The notes below the pieces were generated by a model. That model was not told the DNA's origin, searched no databases, and saw only the letters and a list, made by a program, of their open reading frames with translations. Made by a program: the position numbers and the translations under genes. 64,000 nucleotides of DNA from the human T2T-CHM13v2.0 reference genome, Homo sapiens, in assembly GCF_009914755.1 (NCBI RefSeq), contig NC_060930.1. One strand, 5' to 3'. Of the stretch, positions 28,833 through 47,084 are shown one piece after another; the first letter of the stretch is position 1; each line of letters starts with the position of its first letter.

Positions 28833-30205
28833 TAGGAACTAACATACAAGTTAGCATAGATTGGCAGCTGTTGAGATTAGTTACAGCACAGGAGATATTT
28901 TTCTTTTATATATATATGTCCGGGTCTCCTCCGTGACTTTATGTTCTCCATTTGACCTCCTAAGTATACACGTTTGTGTCTCCAAAGTTTAAATTATATG
29001 AACTTAACTCCTTTTCTTCCTAGTTTTTCACTGATTCAATCATGTAAATGAGACTACAACTCAAAAGTGTAAATGTTGTCACTGAAATACATATTTGTTT
29101 AATTCAATGAATAAGTGAATGAATAAAACCAAGAGGCCAAATGTGGGAAAACATAAGTTGAGTAAATAATATTAACCATGTAAAGAAATCATACAAATTT
29201 GCTTTTATATTTACAGATAACTTTAGCCAAAATGATTAAACTTTTTTCTTTTGATTTTTGGCACAAAGATGTTTTCTGCGTCTGCTTGTCTGATGGGTTT
29301 GCTTGTGGTTGTAATCGTATCTACTTAGACTGAGGATCCATAATACATTTAATAAGTAATGCACATTGCTACAGAGTATTGTAGAAGAAAGAGCCTAGGC
29401 CCATTCTAATACTTAATGACTCCATGGCCCATTAGGGTTGGTGGCCTAGGCCCATTCTACTACTTAATGACTCCATGGTCCTAGGGAAATAAGTTGTTAA
29501 CGCTCTTGTCTTAGTTTCTTTGTTTGCAAAATTAATTAATTAGTCAGTAGCCCTCTAAATTTGATATTCAGGGATTATATGAAGATTTTATTTCCTTAGC
29601 AATTACATACAGTTTTTTTCCCTCAAAGGAAATTTCACAAAAATTAAAATGGCAGGAAATTTGAGGAAAATGAGAACACTAGTAATTAATAACAACAATA
29701 ATAAACAATTTACTGAGTCATGCTTGGCTACTTACTGCCATATACACATAAGACCATTCATTGTTTACAGATAGACAAAAATAGTCATGTTCAAGCTAGC
29801 TTAGTGGAATAGAAATTGGTGCTAATGCAGCCAAGGCACAGATTGTCTTATATTTTGGTCATAATCTGAATAAATAAACAGTCGTTGTATAACTATATTC
29901 GATTGTCATTAGGTAAGTGAAGTAAGTCATTACCACACAAGGAGATTCAATTTGATTAAACTAATATTTTGTATGTGCTAGATACTATTGTAGTATTTAG
30001 AATACAACCATGAATAAAAAGCATACATACACAAACATACATTTAAAAATTTCTGTTCTCAAAGATCTTACATTTTATTAGGGAGAAGCAGAAAATAAAC
30101 GACACAAATTATATGGTATGTTAGAAGGTGATAAATCCTAAGAAAAAAAATAAAGCATGAAAAGTTGAAACAGGAATGCGGTGGGTATGAGGGAAACTGA
30201 TTTTA

Positions 30206-30285
30206 TTAGGTTGATGCAAAAGTAATTGTGGTTTTTCCCATTACTTTTAATTGCAAAAACCGCAATTACTTTTGCACCAACCTAA
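30206..30285. mobile_element. MADE1 (Hsmar1 MITE), 80-bp palindrome
   Basis: TTAGGTTGATGCAAAAGTAATTG...CAATTACTTTTGCACCAACCTAA with TA on both sides. Confidence 0.95.
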
Positions 30286-30860
30286 TAGCTTTTATTGGGA
30301 GTTCAAATGAGGCCTCACAGAAAAGAAAATATTTATGAAAACACTTTAAGGAAATTTGAGAGTTAGGCTTTTTCTGGGGGTCGGGGTAGTCAGGCTTTTG
30401 AGTATCTGAAATGAAATAATACAGGGAGAGAAAATAGGCAGTGTATTAACCCTAATAGGGATTACACTGGGAATGTTAAAAGAATAACAAAAATATTAGT
30501 GTGGTCATAACCAACTGAGAACAGAAGTAATAAGTCTAAAGAGTAAAGAGGGAAAGGAAAAGATCTTGTAGAAACTTGCAGGAAGTACTCTAAGTCAGAA
30601 GGTTTTCAGAAGGCAAATGAAACAACTGGATTTTTTCATTTTAACAGAATCACTTTGGTTTCTGGTAGGAGAAGCAAGGAGTCACATTAAAAAGTGTTAT
30701 CAATACCCTAGTCAATAGACAGTGATAGTAAGGATCAAGGTGTTAGCAGTGGAGAGGTGAGACGTAGTTGGATTCTGTATATATCTATATCTACGTATAT
30801 TTTTAAGATAGAGTGGATAGGTAGTTCTCATGTATTACATATGGAGGATACGAGAGAGTG

Positions 30861-32110
30861 TGTGGTAGGTAGAATAGTGCCTCTTCCCCAAGATGTCTAC
30901 ATCCTACTCCACTATTGTTACTGGAGGATCTTTGTTTTTAGAGCTCCCTAGTTGGTGGCGGGCTGCTCCCAAGATGGCGACAAGAATTTTGTTTTCTGAC
31001 CTGGGGTTCTTGGCCTCATGGATTCCAAAGAATGGAACCTTGAGCCATGCGGTGAGTGTTATAGCTCTATTAGAAGCCATGGGTCATGGAAGAGGACCAT
31101 GGAACCCAGCAACTAGTATACGAGCTCAATTAGAACAAACCCGGGCACTTAGCCACGCAGGAACAATGGTGAGCCTCTAGTCTGATCAGGAGCGCAATGG
31201 GTGCCTTGCTGGATCAGAAGCACAGTGGACACCCTGCCAGATCCAAAGTGGAAGTCAGTGGTGGGTCTGCAATGGCAGTGATCAGCAGTGGTGGACGGTG
31301 AGTGAAAGCTCAGCTCAAGCCGAAACAAACAGGGACCAGAAGAATGTGCAGTTGCAAGATTTAATAGAGTGAAAACAGAGCTCCCATACAACCAGAGGGA
31401 CCCAAAGGGGGTTGCCACTGCTGGCTCCAATGCCTAGGTTTATATCCCAATCATTGTCCCTCCCCCTGTGCTCTCAGGCTATAGATGATTGACTATTTCT
31501 TTACCTCCTGCTTTTAGACTAATTGGTATTTTAGTGAGCTCTCTTTACTATCTGATTGGGTGTGAGCTGAGTTACAAGCCCCGTATTTAAAGATGGGTGC
31601 AGTCACCTTCCCCAGCTAGGCTTAGGAATTCTTAGTCAGCCTAGGAAATCCAGCTAGTCCTGTCTCTCACTATGAATATGTTGCTTTACATGGCAAAAGG
31701 GACATTCCAGATGCATTTAATTAAGGATCTCTAGATGATGAGACTATCTGGATTATTCTGGAAGACCCAGTTTAATCACAAGGACTCACATAAGAGGGAG
31801 GACAGAGGGTCAGTCGGATATGGAGATGTAACAGTAGAAGCAAAGATTAGAAAGAGGGGGAAATTTGAAGATGCTAACTGTTGGTTTTGAAGATGGAAGA
31901 AGGGGCCATTAGCCAAAGAATGCAGGCAACCTCTACAAGTTAGAAAATGAAAGGAAATTGATTGTCCTCCAGATTTTTCCGAAAGAAACAAAGAAAGCCT
32001 TGCCAACACTGTTATTTGTTCAGTGAAGGCCATTTCAGACCTCTGACTTGCAGGACTGTAAGAGAATATATATGTGCTATTTTAAGCCAGTAAATTTGTA
32101 GTAATATGTG
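30861..32110 (+). mobile_element. MLT1D-type MaLR LTR split by LTR17
   Basis: TGTGGTAGGTAGAATA start; resumes at 31674 GAATATGTTGCTTTACATGGCAAAAGGGAC; GAAGATGGAAGAAGGGGCCA. Confidence 0.8.
30916..31669 (-). mobile_element. Solo LTR17 (HERV-W LTR), full length
   Basis: Minus strand starts TGAGAGACAGGACTAGCTGGATTTCCTAGGC and ends TAACA; 4-bp TSD CTAT at 30912-30915 and 31670-31673; CCAAT, ATATAAA and ATTAAA retained. Confidence 0.93.
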
Positions 32111-32379
32111 AAATTTTGTGTGTGGGGTATAAAAAGAGTAAGGAGCTAAGCCTGAAATGAAAGAATAATATTTACTATTAATTTGAAATGTGGAAGATTA
32201 TAGATCAAATTTTAGAGAGAAAAACAATAGTTTAATTTTGAACATGTTAAGTTAATAATATCTCTAATTTATCAAAGTAGTGGCATCCAACTACCAGTTG
32301 AACAAATAAGTCCAATGCTTTAGGATAAAAGTCTAGACTAGATTCATAATTTGGGAGTTAAAAACATGGAGATTGTATT

Positions 32380-33215
32380 CTCCGGGTTCCTGACAAAAAA
32401 TGCATAACCTGAATCTAATCATGAAGAAACATCATATGTACCGAAATTGTGGGAAAATCCACTACAAATTAATTGACATGTACTCAACCAAAATTTCAAG
32501 GTCACAAAATACAAAACACACCCAAGAAACTGTTCCAGATGGAGCAATATGAAATATTTCTTGTGTTTTGTTAAACAAAAAAATAGGCTTTTGTTTTGTT
32601 TTATGACTGTAAAGAACATTATTAAAATTCACTATATGAATAATATCTCTTGGTTTTGGTAGTGCTATAGTAATGTTAATTTCCTGAAAGTCATGATTGT
32701 TTTAGTGGTGTTCTGGCAAACCACATCTGCAGAGGTGGTGGTGGACAGGGAAGCCCTGATTTCTAACATCTACTGATTTTCATATTGTAAATACTCTTAC
32801 AGTGGCTGATTCCAAGATACTAATGTGGAATCAGTGAGCAAAAATTAGGAAGAAATGTGCACATTTGGCTCTTGTAAGCCCATTCAACTAGTTGCAGCAC
32901 ATCAATTAAATGTGAAAGCATATGAAAGTGTACTTGTCTTTTAGTTAAATGGGTATCATGTGTGAAACTTATTATCAATTGGTAGAAAAAGTAATTATAT
33001 ATTATATATAAATATAAAAGGTTTTTACACATATATGCTATATAATATATACCATATGAATATAAAATAAATACATATCTAGATACAAATATATGTAATA
33101 TTCAGATAAATGATACAGCTAATAAGACAAAATGACATATGGGAATCTTTTCTAATATTCTTTCAATTTTTCTGCAAGTTTGAGTTATTTCAATATAAAA
33201 ATTTAAGAAAAAATG
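32380..33215 (+). mobile_element. L1MC 3' UTR fragment containing a second MER63 (about 32703-32905, minus)
   Basis: TGCATAACCTGAATCTAATCATGAAGAAACATCA; MER63 AGTGGTGTTCTGG...GCCCTGATTT...GTAAATACTC. Confidence 0.6.
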
Positions 33216-35476
33216 AATAGGAAAAAAGTAACAACACAAGAATACAGATAATAAAATAGTTCACTATTTTACATAATAAAGTAGATAAAAACAAATATGA
33301 TTATATATACCAGGTCCAATTTAAATATAGTATCCCTAGTAGATATTATAACTTTTGTACCATAGAAAAACAAATGATCTCTAAGACACTGTGCTGTAAT
33401 AACAACTAGAGGTAATATTTATTACAGTTCAAAATATTTTAATATTACTATACTCCATGAGCACTTTAAAACAATGAATACTCAGTCAATATCCTATGCT
33501 TGAATTATTTATTAAATGCACAAAGATAGATGAGAAATTTGATAGTACCAGAAATTCAGCAGTGAGAAAAAATTGATTGAAGGTACCTGTGCATGAATAA
33601 AGGAATTTTTGATTTTTTGACACTCTGTAGATTAATCTGAGGCCACACTGAGTGGTGAAGCAGGGTAGCAAATCTGATTTGTGGAAATTTGAAAGAACAG
33701 GAGGAGAAGTTAAAAAAAATGATCATTCTTATTTAATTTTTTGTGGGGCCTCAGAAGTACACAAGAAAAGTGTCCAATAATTTTCCAAATTTTCTTAAAA
33801 AGTAATGACTTAAAAATTTAAATGAAATATTTTATAATGTAGATTAAAATTTTAGATGTTCAATTTTCTGTCCATATAAGTAAAAGAACTTAAGATTAAT
33901 TTTTAGTGAGGTAGATTTTTATAACTTGTATTATTCTATGAGCATTAAGACAACCAACTACTGAAAGATATGATCAATTTTAACATAGATTTCTATTTTG
34001 TGGACTTTCTGTGACAATGAAGCAAATGATGAAGGTGCAAAAAACTATAAAATCAATATGGTTTCCATGATCAAATATCAACTCATCCAATTACGTCCTT
34101 CCATGAGTAAGGAAGGGCTTTAAAATCTGTTTTATGTAGTGTATTTTTCTGTTTGTTATGCAGAGGTTCTGTACTCCCCATTATTTTTTCTTCTGTCATA
34201 TATATTAGAGTGATACAGTCAAGATGTTTCTCTATAGCAGCTAGAAAATTATCCAGCTCTCATCATATACTAAGGTTTAACACTAAAATACATCATTTAG
34301 TTTTTTTCTTTATGCAATATTCTTAAAAATATGACTATAATAAGAATAAAAAATGACACTTCCATGAAAAAAAAACCATAATAGAGAATCATAAATTAGC
34401 CAGCATCTCTTTCCTATTTTTTCTCCATGTTTAATTTTAGAGGTAAGAGTTCAATCACAAGACCCACAAGCAAATACATTTCTAGGTTTTGCCAGATAAT
34501 TAGAATAGATTCATCCAATATTTTATTACTTCATATAAAATACTGCCCAGAGTTCATTGATATTCAGAAAGATGATCCTAAAACTGGACAGGTCTTTTAA
34601 TCATCAACAAAACATTTAATTAAGATAAGTACAATGCATTTTCTACCAAATATCTAATTTTCGGAGCAAAAAATATTTTAAAATTTTTATTGACAATGCT
34701 AAGTTAGCCACAAACCCATTTATTAAATATTTTAGTTACATTACTACAAATGTAGCAATAGTAGGCACTTTCTGCATTCAGTGGATAAATCAAACCAATG
34801 ACATTGGAATTCCAAAAACCTTACAGTTTCTAACATCAACATCAGTAATAACAGACAACAATATTCGAATAAAGTCACAAAATATATCAAACAAAATAAG
34901 AATTACTAAAATTATTAGTATATAATTTTTTGAAATATTAACTATATAAAGGTAAAAGCTATCAAAGGATGGACAGTCATTTGTATTATAAATAATTTTA
35001 TTCAAACATAAGTACTATAATTTTTATATCTAAGACTAGCATAAAAAAATACAAAATGGAAAAACTCAGCTTCCCTCTAACAAAATAAAACCCTTATTTC
35101 TTGATATCTGTGATTCTTATGTTAATATTTCTAATTTTATTAGTATAATTATGTTATTGATAATAATTTGAAAAACATTTTATAAATGGCACAAATGACA
35201 AAGCAGACAGGTATAAGTCATTTTTCAATCTTTTTGCATTCTGGTTTAGATGATGCTTCTGAGTTAATTTAAAAAATGGTACAACCTTAGTGACTGACAA
35301 TGACATGTTATTTAAGGCAATTCTTTCTGAATAAGTGTCAGAACAATGCTTCTTTGTAATTTTAAAAATATTGGCAAAGGACATATTTTCCAACATGTAT
35401 TACTTAAACATGTATAAACAATAACAAAAAAATTCACAGTCAAATAAATTTGGAAAGTATTAAATATAAAATTCTT

Positions 35477-37338
<1,862 letters not shown>

Positions 37339-38546
37339 CTCTCTCTCCATATATATATACATATATATATATTTCTTTATTGGAAAAGTACACATTTAAG
37401 CCTCCAAGGAGTCACAAGACAAAGAAATAGTCCTATCTAAAAAAATATTTAGGCATACTTTAGCATTTTCTTGCATATAATTTTAAAAAATTAAAACAAA
37501 AAATAGGTCAAGAGGTGAAAATGCAAACAAATAACATGGGCAGTTTGTGCGATGTGCAAAGAACATCTGAATTATGGACATAATTCCATCTATAAAGATT
37601 GCATTAAATAAAATCACATGTGTGGAATGGCCGAACTGTGGATCTGACTCATAATCTCTAAACCTTTTCGCAGTTCATAAAATTTTTAAGAAAAATGACT
37701 CTGACAAAAGTGGTCATATTTCTAACTCCACACCATTAAAAACTATATAAAGTTTTTCTTACTCTAGTTAATAAGAAAGAGATTGGACAAAAATGAAGTA
37801 TTTTAAGAAGGAAAGGAAATCGGGAAAATGTATGAAGTCAAGGTGACTCAGTGAGTCTTACTGAGTCCAAACCATTACAATGAATAAAAACAGCCATAAT
37901 CTTCCCGACAAGATAGAAAAATAGAGACTCTATTTACCCATCTGACTGGAGAAAGAGACAGACAAAATACATGAAAAAATGTCTCAAGTCATTGGACAGA
38001 GACAATAAAGGATAGTGCTTCCTGAAATGTGGGAAATGAGGTGAACTCTAAGATTTCCTCAGTGTAATTCCTGGATAAAGTTTCCAGGCAGCAATGCAGA
38101 AAGGGAAGATCAAGGTGAGCTGGATAGTCTACCTGAGTTGAGTAAACTAACCTGGGTCTCCCGGCAGGCCCAATATCCAGAGTTTCCAGAGTAAAAAGAG
38201 CATTGGAAAGAGACAATTCCAGAAGCCAGCAAAGTTCCTACTGTAGTATTTAGCTGAATATTGATCAGTGCGCCTTTGTGAGGAAACTACCCAAAGCCAA
38301 GTAAAGAATCATCTAAACAGATTAGAAGAAATGATACCTGAAAGTTCAATAACTGTTTAATGACTACTCCCATGGGGCAGTATTCAGAAGGCCATTGGAA
38401 GAGTACTTGGAAAGGTTTCACCTCAAAGTGGGGAATACTTAACCTGCTCTTGAACTGCCTAACTTACTAAAGCAAAATTCTAAAGGAGCAGGTTATTTAA
38501 AAGTAACTTAACCATGTACAGAACAACATTTAAAAATCTTTATAGG

Positions 38547-38866
38547 GGCTGGGCGTGGTGGCTCACGCCTGTAATCCCAGCACTTTGGGAGGCCGAGGAG
38601 GGTGGGTCACTTGAGGTCAAGGGTTCGAGACCAGCATGACTAACATGGCAAAACCCCATCTCTACTAAAAATACAAAAATTAGCCAGGCAAAGTGGCAGG
38701 TGCCTGTAATCCCAGCTACTTGGGAGGCTGAGACAGGACAATCACTTGAACCCCCAGGAGGCAGAGGTTGCAGTGAGCCATGATCATGCGCCACTGCACT
38801 CCAGGCTGGGGAACAGACTGAGACTCCATCTCAAAACAAAATAAATAAATAAATAAATAAATAAAT
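38547..38866 (+). mobile_element. Alu (S/J) with (TAAA)n tail
   Basis: Full dimer. Confidence 0.93.
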
Positions 38867-39545
38867 ATGAATACAAATGATCAAGCACCTAAAAATGTAA
38901 AGTTTATAATGTTTGGTGTCCAATTAAAAATTATCTGGCCTTCAGAGAAAAGAAAATTACTCCCCCAAATTAAGAGAAAAAAACATTTAATTAAGCCATG
39001 TCAGAAATGACACACGTGATTATTTATTAGATAAGGACATTAAAACAATTATTATAATGTATTCCATATACTTAAGAAGATAAAAGATATTTGAACATCT
39101 TAGGAGATTTAGTCAGCATAAAGATCTAAATTGACTTCAAAAAATAAATATAAGATCTGAAATAAAAATTGCATTAGATGAGCTAAATAGTACAGAAGAC
39201 GTGTTTAGACATTGCTGAAGACAGTAACAAAAACCATCCAAATTGTAATGGAGAGAAAGAAGACTGAAAAAGAATAAAGTATGCATCAATAAGCTATGGA
39301 GCAACTTCACGCTGCCTGATACATATATAATCAGGGTACTAGAAGGAGAGAAGAAAGGAGAGGAACACAGATAGTGTTTAAAAAATGAAGAACCATAATT
39401 TTCAAAATCTGATGAAAGTTAGAAGCCTATAAATCCAAGATGCTGAACATACACCAATCACAAAAGAAAATTAACAAAATCACATCAAAGAAAAACACAA
39501 TCTAATTATTTAAACCAGTAATAATGTTAAAAAAAAAAAAGAAGC

Positions 39546-41428
39546 CAGATGACATGAGCTTATATATGGACAAACCTAAAGTTTCTATCAAAAAAATTTT
39601 GGCACTGATAAATAAACTCAATAAAGTTGCAGGATACAAAATCAAGTAAAAGTTAGTAGTATTTATGTATACAAAGAACAAACTAGCTGAAAAAGATATC
39701 AAGAAGGCAATCCCACTTAAAATATCTACCAAAAAATTTACCTAGGAATAAATTTAACCAATGGAGTGAAAGACATCTACAAGTGAAACTGCAACACATT
39801 GATGAAATAAATGGAAGAAGATACAAATAAATGTAAAAACATTTTATGTTCATGGATTAGAAAAATTTATATTGTTAAAATGACCTTACTATCCAAAGTA
39901 ATCTATAGATTTGATGATATCCCTATTAAGATACCAATAAAATTCTTCACAGAAACAGAAAAAAAATCCTAAAATGTGTATGAAACTACAAAAGACAAAG
40001 AATAATCAAAGAAATACTGAGGAAAAAGAACAAAGCTAGAAACATCACACTACTAGATTTCAAAATGTATTACCAAGCTGTAGTAACCAAAACAACATAG
40101 TAGTGATATAAAAACAGACACATAAACTGGTTGAACGGAATAGAGAACCTAGAAATTTATTCATATATCTACATCCAATTGATTTTTGACAAAGGTACCA
40201 AGAACCCTCATTGGAGAAAGGACAGTCTCTTCAATAAATGATGCTAGAAAAACTGGATATCTATATGCAGAGGAATGAAACTAGATCCCCACTTCTTACC
40301 CTATGTAAAAATCAACCCCAAATAGTTTAGTGACCTAAATGTAAGACCCAAAACTATAATATTACTAGAACAAAACATAAAGAAAACAGTTCATGACAAT
40401 TATCTGGGAAATGATTTTGTAATGAAGACCTCATAAGCACAGTAAACAAAGACAAAAATATATAAATGAGATTATATAATCAAACTAAAATGCTTTTGCA
40501 CAGTAAAGGAAACAAAAGACTCAAAAGACTACAAAATGGGAGAAAACATTTGCAAGTCATTCATTCAACAGACAATCAATATCAGAATGTAGAACAAACT
40601 CAAACATCTTAACAACAAAACAACAATCTGAGTTTAAAAGGGGCAAAGGATCCCAATCGACATTTCTTAGATGAAGACATACAAATAACAACAACAACAA
40701 AAACACATTAAATAAATGCCTAACACCACTAATCATCAGGGAAATGTAAGTCAAAACCACAATAAGGTATCTTCTCACTCCAGGTAGGATGGCTATCATC
40801 AAAAAGACAAAAAATAACAAATGCTGACAAGGATACAGAGAAAATAAACTCTTAAACATTGTTGGTAAAAATTTAAACTAGTACAGCCACTATAAGGAAC
40901 AGTGTGGAGGTACCTCAAAAAACTAAAAATAGAACTACCATATTATCCATCAATTCCATTACTGGGCGTTTATCCAAAAGAAAATAAATCAGTATATTGA
41001 AGAGATGCCTATATCCCCATGTTTACCACAGCATTATTTATAATAGTCAAGATATGAAATCAACCTAAACTTGCAAAAACAAATGAATGGATAAAGAAAA
41101 TATGATATAGATACATAATGGAATACTATTCAGCCATCAAAAAGAATAAAATTTGTCATTTGTGGCAACATGTACAGAGCTAGAAGACATTATGTTAAGC
41201 CAGGAACAGAAAGTTAAACACTACATGTTCTCACTCATATATGAAAGTATTAAATATTGATCTCTAGAATTAAAAAGTGTAACAGAGGATACTAGAAACT
41301 GGGAAGGGTAGGGTGAAAGGGGGAATAGAGAGAAATTTGTTAAAGTATACAAAATTACAGCTGGATAACAAGAAACAGTCCTAGTGTTCTATACCACTAT
41401 AGGATGGCTATAGTTAAAAATAATAATG
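39546..41428 (+). mobile_element. L1MA (MA3/4-like) ORF2 and 3' UTR
   Basis: Starts at the RT motif CAGATGACATG; L1MA-type tail TACAAAATTACAGCT...CTAGTGTTCTATA. Confidence 0.8.
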
Positions 41429-41430
41429 AA

Positions 41431-41712
41431 AATCCCAGCATTTTGGGAGGCCAAGGCAGGCAGATCAGTTGAGCCCAGGAGTTAAAGACCAGCCTAGGCA
41501 ACCTGATGAAACCTCGTCTCTACAAAAGATACAAAAATTATCTGGGCATGGTGGTGCACACCTGTAGTCCTAGCTACTTGGGAGGCTGAGTTGCAAAGGA
41601 CTACTCAAGCTTAGGAGGTCAAGGCTGGAGTGAGCCATAATCATGCCACTGCACTCCAGCCTGGGTGACAGAGTGAGAGCCTGTTTCAAAAAAAAGAAAA
41701 AAGGAAAGAAAA
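41431..41712 (+). mobile_element. AluJ, 5' end missing
   Basis: TTGAGCCCAGGAG and GGAGGTCAAGGCTG (J-type). Confidence 0.88.
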
Positions 41713-42176
41713 ATTATCACCAATATACCTGAACATAAGAAATGTCAAAAGAAAACCTTCACAGTGATGGAAAATAATATAAAACGGGAATATATGTCTA
41801 TAAAATGAATGCAGAAACTAGGGATAGTAACTATGTGGATAAATGTATTTTATTTCATCATTACATCTACTTAAAAGATAATCAACAGTTTAAAACAAAA
41901 ATAATAAAAATGTACTTAAAATATATTACGAATTTTATAGCAATTATCAAAAGTTTATGACAACTTTAGCACAAAGACTAGGGGAAATAAATAGATGTAT
42001 AGGATTATAAGATTCGTAGACCACACCTGGGTGATACAATATAACTTTAAGTTAGGCAGCAATAAATCAAAGATATATACTATAAAGCAACAATCAATCA
42101 CTAAATTGACAAAAAGAGTGTTAGCTAATGAACCAACAAATAAAATAAAAATAAATCATAAAATACGATTCAATTA

Positions 42177-44271
<2,095 letters not shown>

Positions 44272-46130
44272 GATTCAATTAATTTTTAAAAAGCAGAGAA
44301 AAAGAATAAAGATTAGACATATGGAAACAAGAGTAAGATGGTAAAATAAAACTCAAATGTATCCATAATCATATTAAATGTAAATATTTAAACATCTAAA
44401 TTACAAGAGATTATCAGATTGGATAAATAAACAATGTACAATTTTTCAATGCCTACAAGAAGCCCACTTCATAACAACCTAAGAGCTTTACAATAAAAGT
44501 ATAGAATAAGATACCATATTAACTATACTAGTCAAAAGAAAGCTGGAGTAGCTTATATTAATATCAGACTAAGGTTTTAGAGTAAGAGTTTTATCTTGGA
44601 TAAAGAATGTCATTTCATAATAATAAAAGGCTCAATTTATCAAGAAAACATAATAACCCTAAATGTTTACGTCTCTTCTAAAACAGCTTCATGATATAAG
44701 AAGCAACGACTGATAGAACTGCAAAAAGACAAATTCACAATTGTAGTTGAAGATTTTAAAACCTCTCTCTCAGTAATGGATAGAGCAAGTAAACAGATAT
44801 CAGTAAAGATATAAAAGCTAGCTTAGACTGCCATGACAGAAATCATCACTGTATGTTTCTTAAATTTGTGGAGTTGAAATTTAAGAATGCTATAAAAAGG
44901 GTGTAGAGAGAAAATTATTTTATGGGCTAAAGTTTGAATAGGGGAGAGCTAGTAACTTTTTTTTTTAGAATTGTATCTATAACTTTGGTGTTACACATAC
45001 TCATATTATCTGTTTAAGTTTTTCTTCATCTATATTATAAAATTATTTAACCTATGTTGTTTGGAAGATTTCATTTATATCTCTGATGAAAAGTTTCCAT
45101 AAAGCAATTTTATATACCTGCTATAAAAAATAAAATAAAATAGTATGAGCATTGTATATAACCTATAGTGAAAAAGTTACTATTCTTTCTAGTATTCATA
45201 ATTCAAAAAAATATATAAATCAGAAAAACTTATATGCTGATTAGTTCCACATAAAATTTCTCTTAATTATTAATACTATGTTTAGAGTAGAAATCCAGAC
45301 TTTAATCAGATATTTTTTGAATAGCAAACAACGATAAAATATAATTAGGGAAAAACAATTTTTTGGAGTACCTATTGCTAATTCCTTATAATGAGTTGGA
45401 CTTTGGTCTTAGTAATTTCTAAATTAAAAACTCTTAATATAAGCTTTTGGTAAAATATATTAATATCTGATTATCGGATACATAACTCTTCTATTAAACC
45501 ATGTTTTCATGCTTATGTAACTCATTTACTTTACACAAACAACACATTTGCAAGGCATCACAGGTAAGCAAATCTGAGCTAAGGTAAAGCAATGAAGTAG
45601 ATGTATTTGTCTTTCATGGCCCATGACTACTTTTGATGCAAAACCCAATATATGCTTAATTTTTCTGGACGGATTCTGAAGGACTGACCTGTTTATTCTT
45701 ATTCTCTCCTCAACCCACACACTAAGCAGTTTTCTTATGATGTGAGAAACAGCTTTTATCCAGAAATTTACTTAAATTTATGTAATTCCTCAAACTTAAT
45801 TTGAACCAATCTTTCTAAAATTCTGAAAATTCTCAACTTTCTCTACGAATATTATCAGTTAGGAAGGTGAATCTGGGTATGTTGTTGAAGGCCTATATGG
45901 AAGAATTGATGCACTTTCCTTAATGTAGGGCATATATTACATTTATATACCAATGTTTTCTATGACTTGAAAAAGAAATACTAAAGAAATTATAAAATAA
46001 AATAATAAAGAAAATTCTTTTATATTAATGTGCTGTGTGAATGTAGAATAACACTATCATAGAATGAGAACATATTAATAAGTGTTACACATTATATACA
46101 GTAATTTGAGGCTTTAGGTAAATGAGGTAC

Positions 46131-46350
46131 ATATATAATATATATTTATATATTATATTACATATTTATATTATATATTATATAATATATATTTACATAT
46201 TATATTATACATTTATATATTATATAATATATATTTACATATTATATTATACATTTATATATTATATATTTATTATATATTAAAAATCTTAAAGTTATAT
46301 ATTATATATTATATGTATTATATATAATATATATTAAAAAATCTTAAAGT
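46131..46350. repeat. AT-rich low-complexity minisatellite
   Basis: TA-rich tract with a unit of about 41 bp repeated twice and AAAATCTTAAAGT twice. Confidence 0.9.
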
Positions 46351-47084
46351 CAGTATAAACCATAAAGATCACTTTGGGAAATTCCAAATGACCCCTAAAT
46401 TTGAGAGAAACTTCTGCTCCAAATTATGACCATGTAGAGAAAATATATTAAAATGACTAACTAAAATGTGTTATTGAGATTTAAAACTAGATAACTATCT
46501 CAAAATCTCATAAACTGAGCAGAAAGTGCAAAATCCTAAATGGAATAGAAGTTATATAGTGGCTGTACTCCAGACTGGGAATGAAGAATGGAGGTCTGGG
46601 AAATAGGTTGTATACTGACCCAGACCCAAAGTGCTGCCTAGCAGACACCAAAATTAGTATTAGAAACCAAGGTTAAAGTTTCCACTAGAAATAGAATACA
46701 TAAGCGATAGTTATCAAACCACTTAAACGAAATTCTGTCTATAATGGAAGTCAGAAACTCTGGTTTGGATGAGGGTAAGGAGTGGCTGGGTAATGAGTGG
46801 TGTCATCAAGAAAACCATAAAATTGCAAAAACCACTGGATAGGGAGTATTAGAAAGAGAAAAACAACAAGACCAGTACAATATTAACATAAAAACAAAAT
46901 AATATTCCAATTGCAAATTCAAAATAAAATCCCAAAACATATGAAAATATTTAATAATAAGAAAGACAGTATCAAAGTCTACAAATCAGTCATAAATTTA
47001 TTTCACACATAACTAATTAGATAAAAACTATTATTTAAAATAAATGTTTATGTTGCTCATACATATATAACAATTTTAATTTTA

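Larger units (their letters stand above)
29960..32378 (-). mobile_element. L2 (L2a-like) hosting MADE1, MLT1D and LTR17
   Basis: Antisense L2 motifs (GATCTTACATT, TTTTAACAGAATCACTTTGG, TTTTGAACATGTTAAGTT) on both sides of the inserts. Confidence 0.7.
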
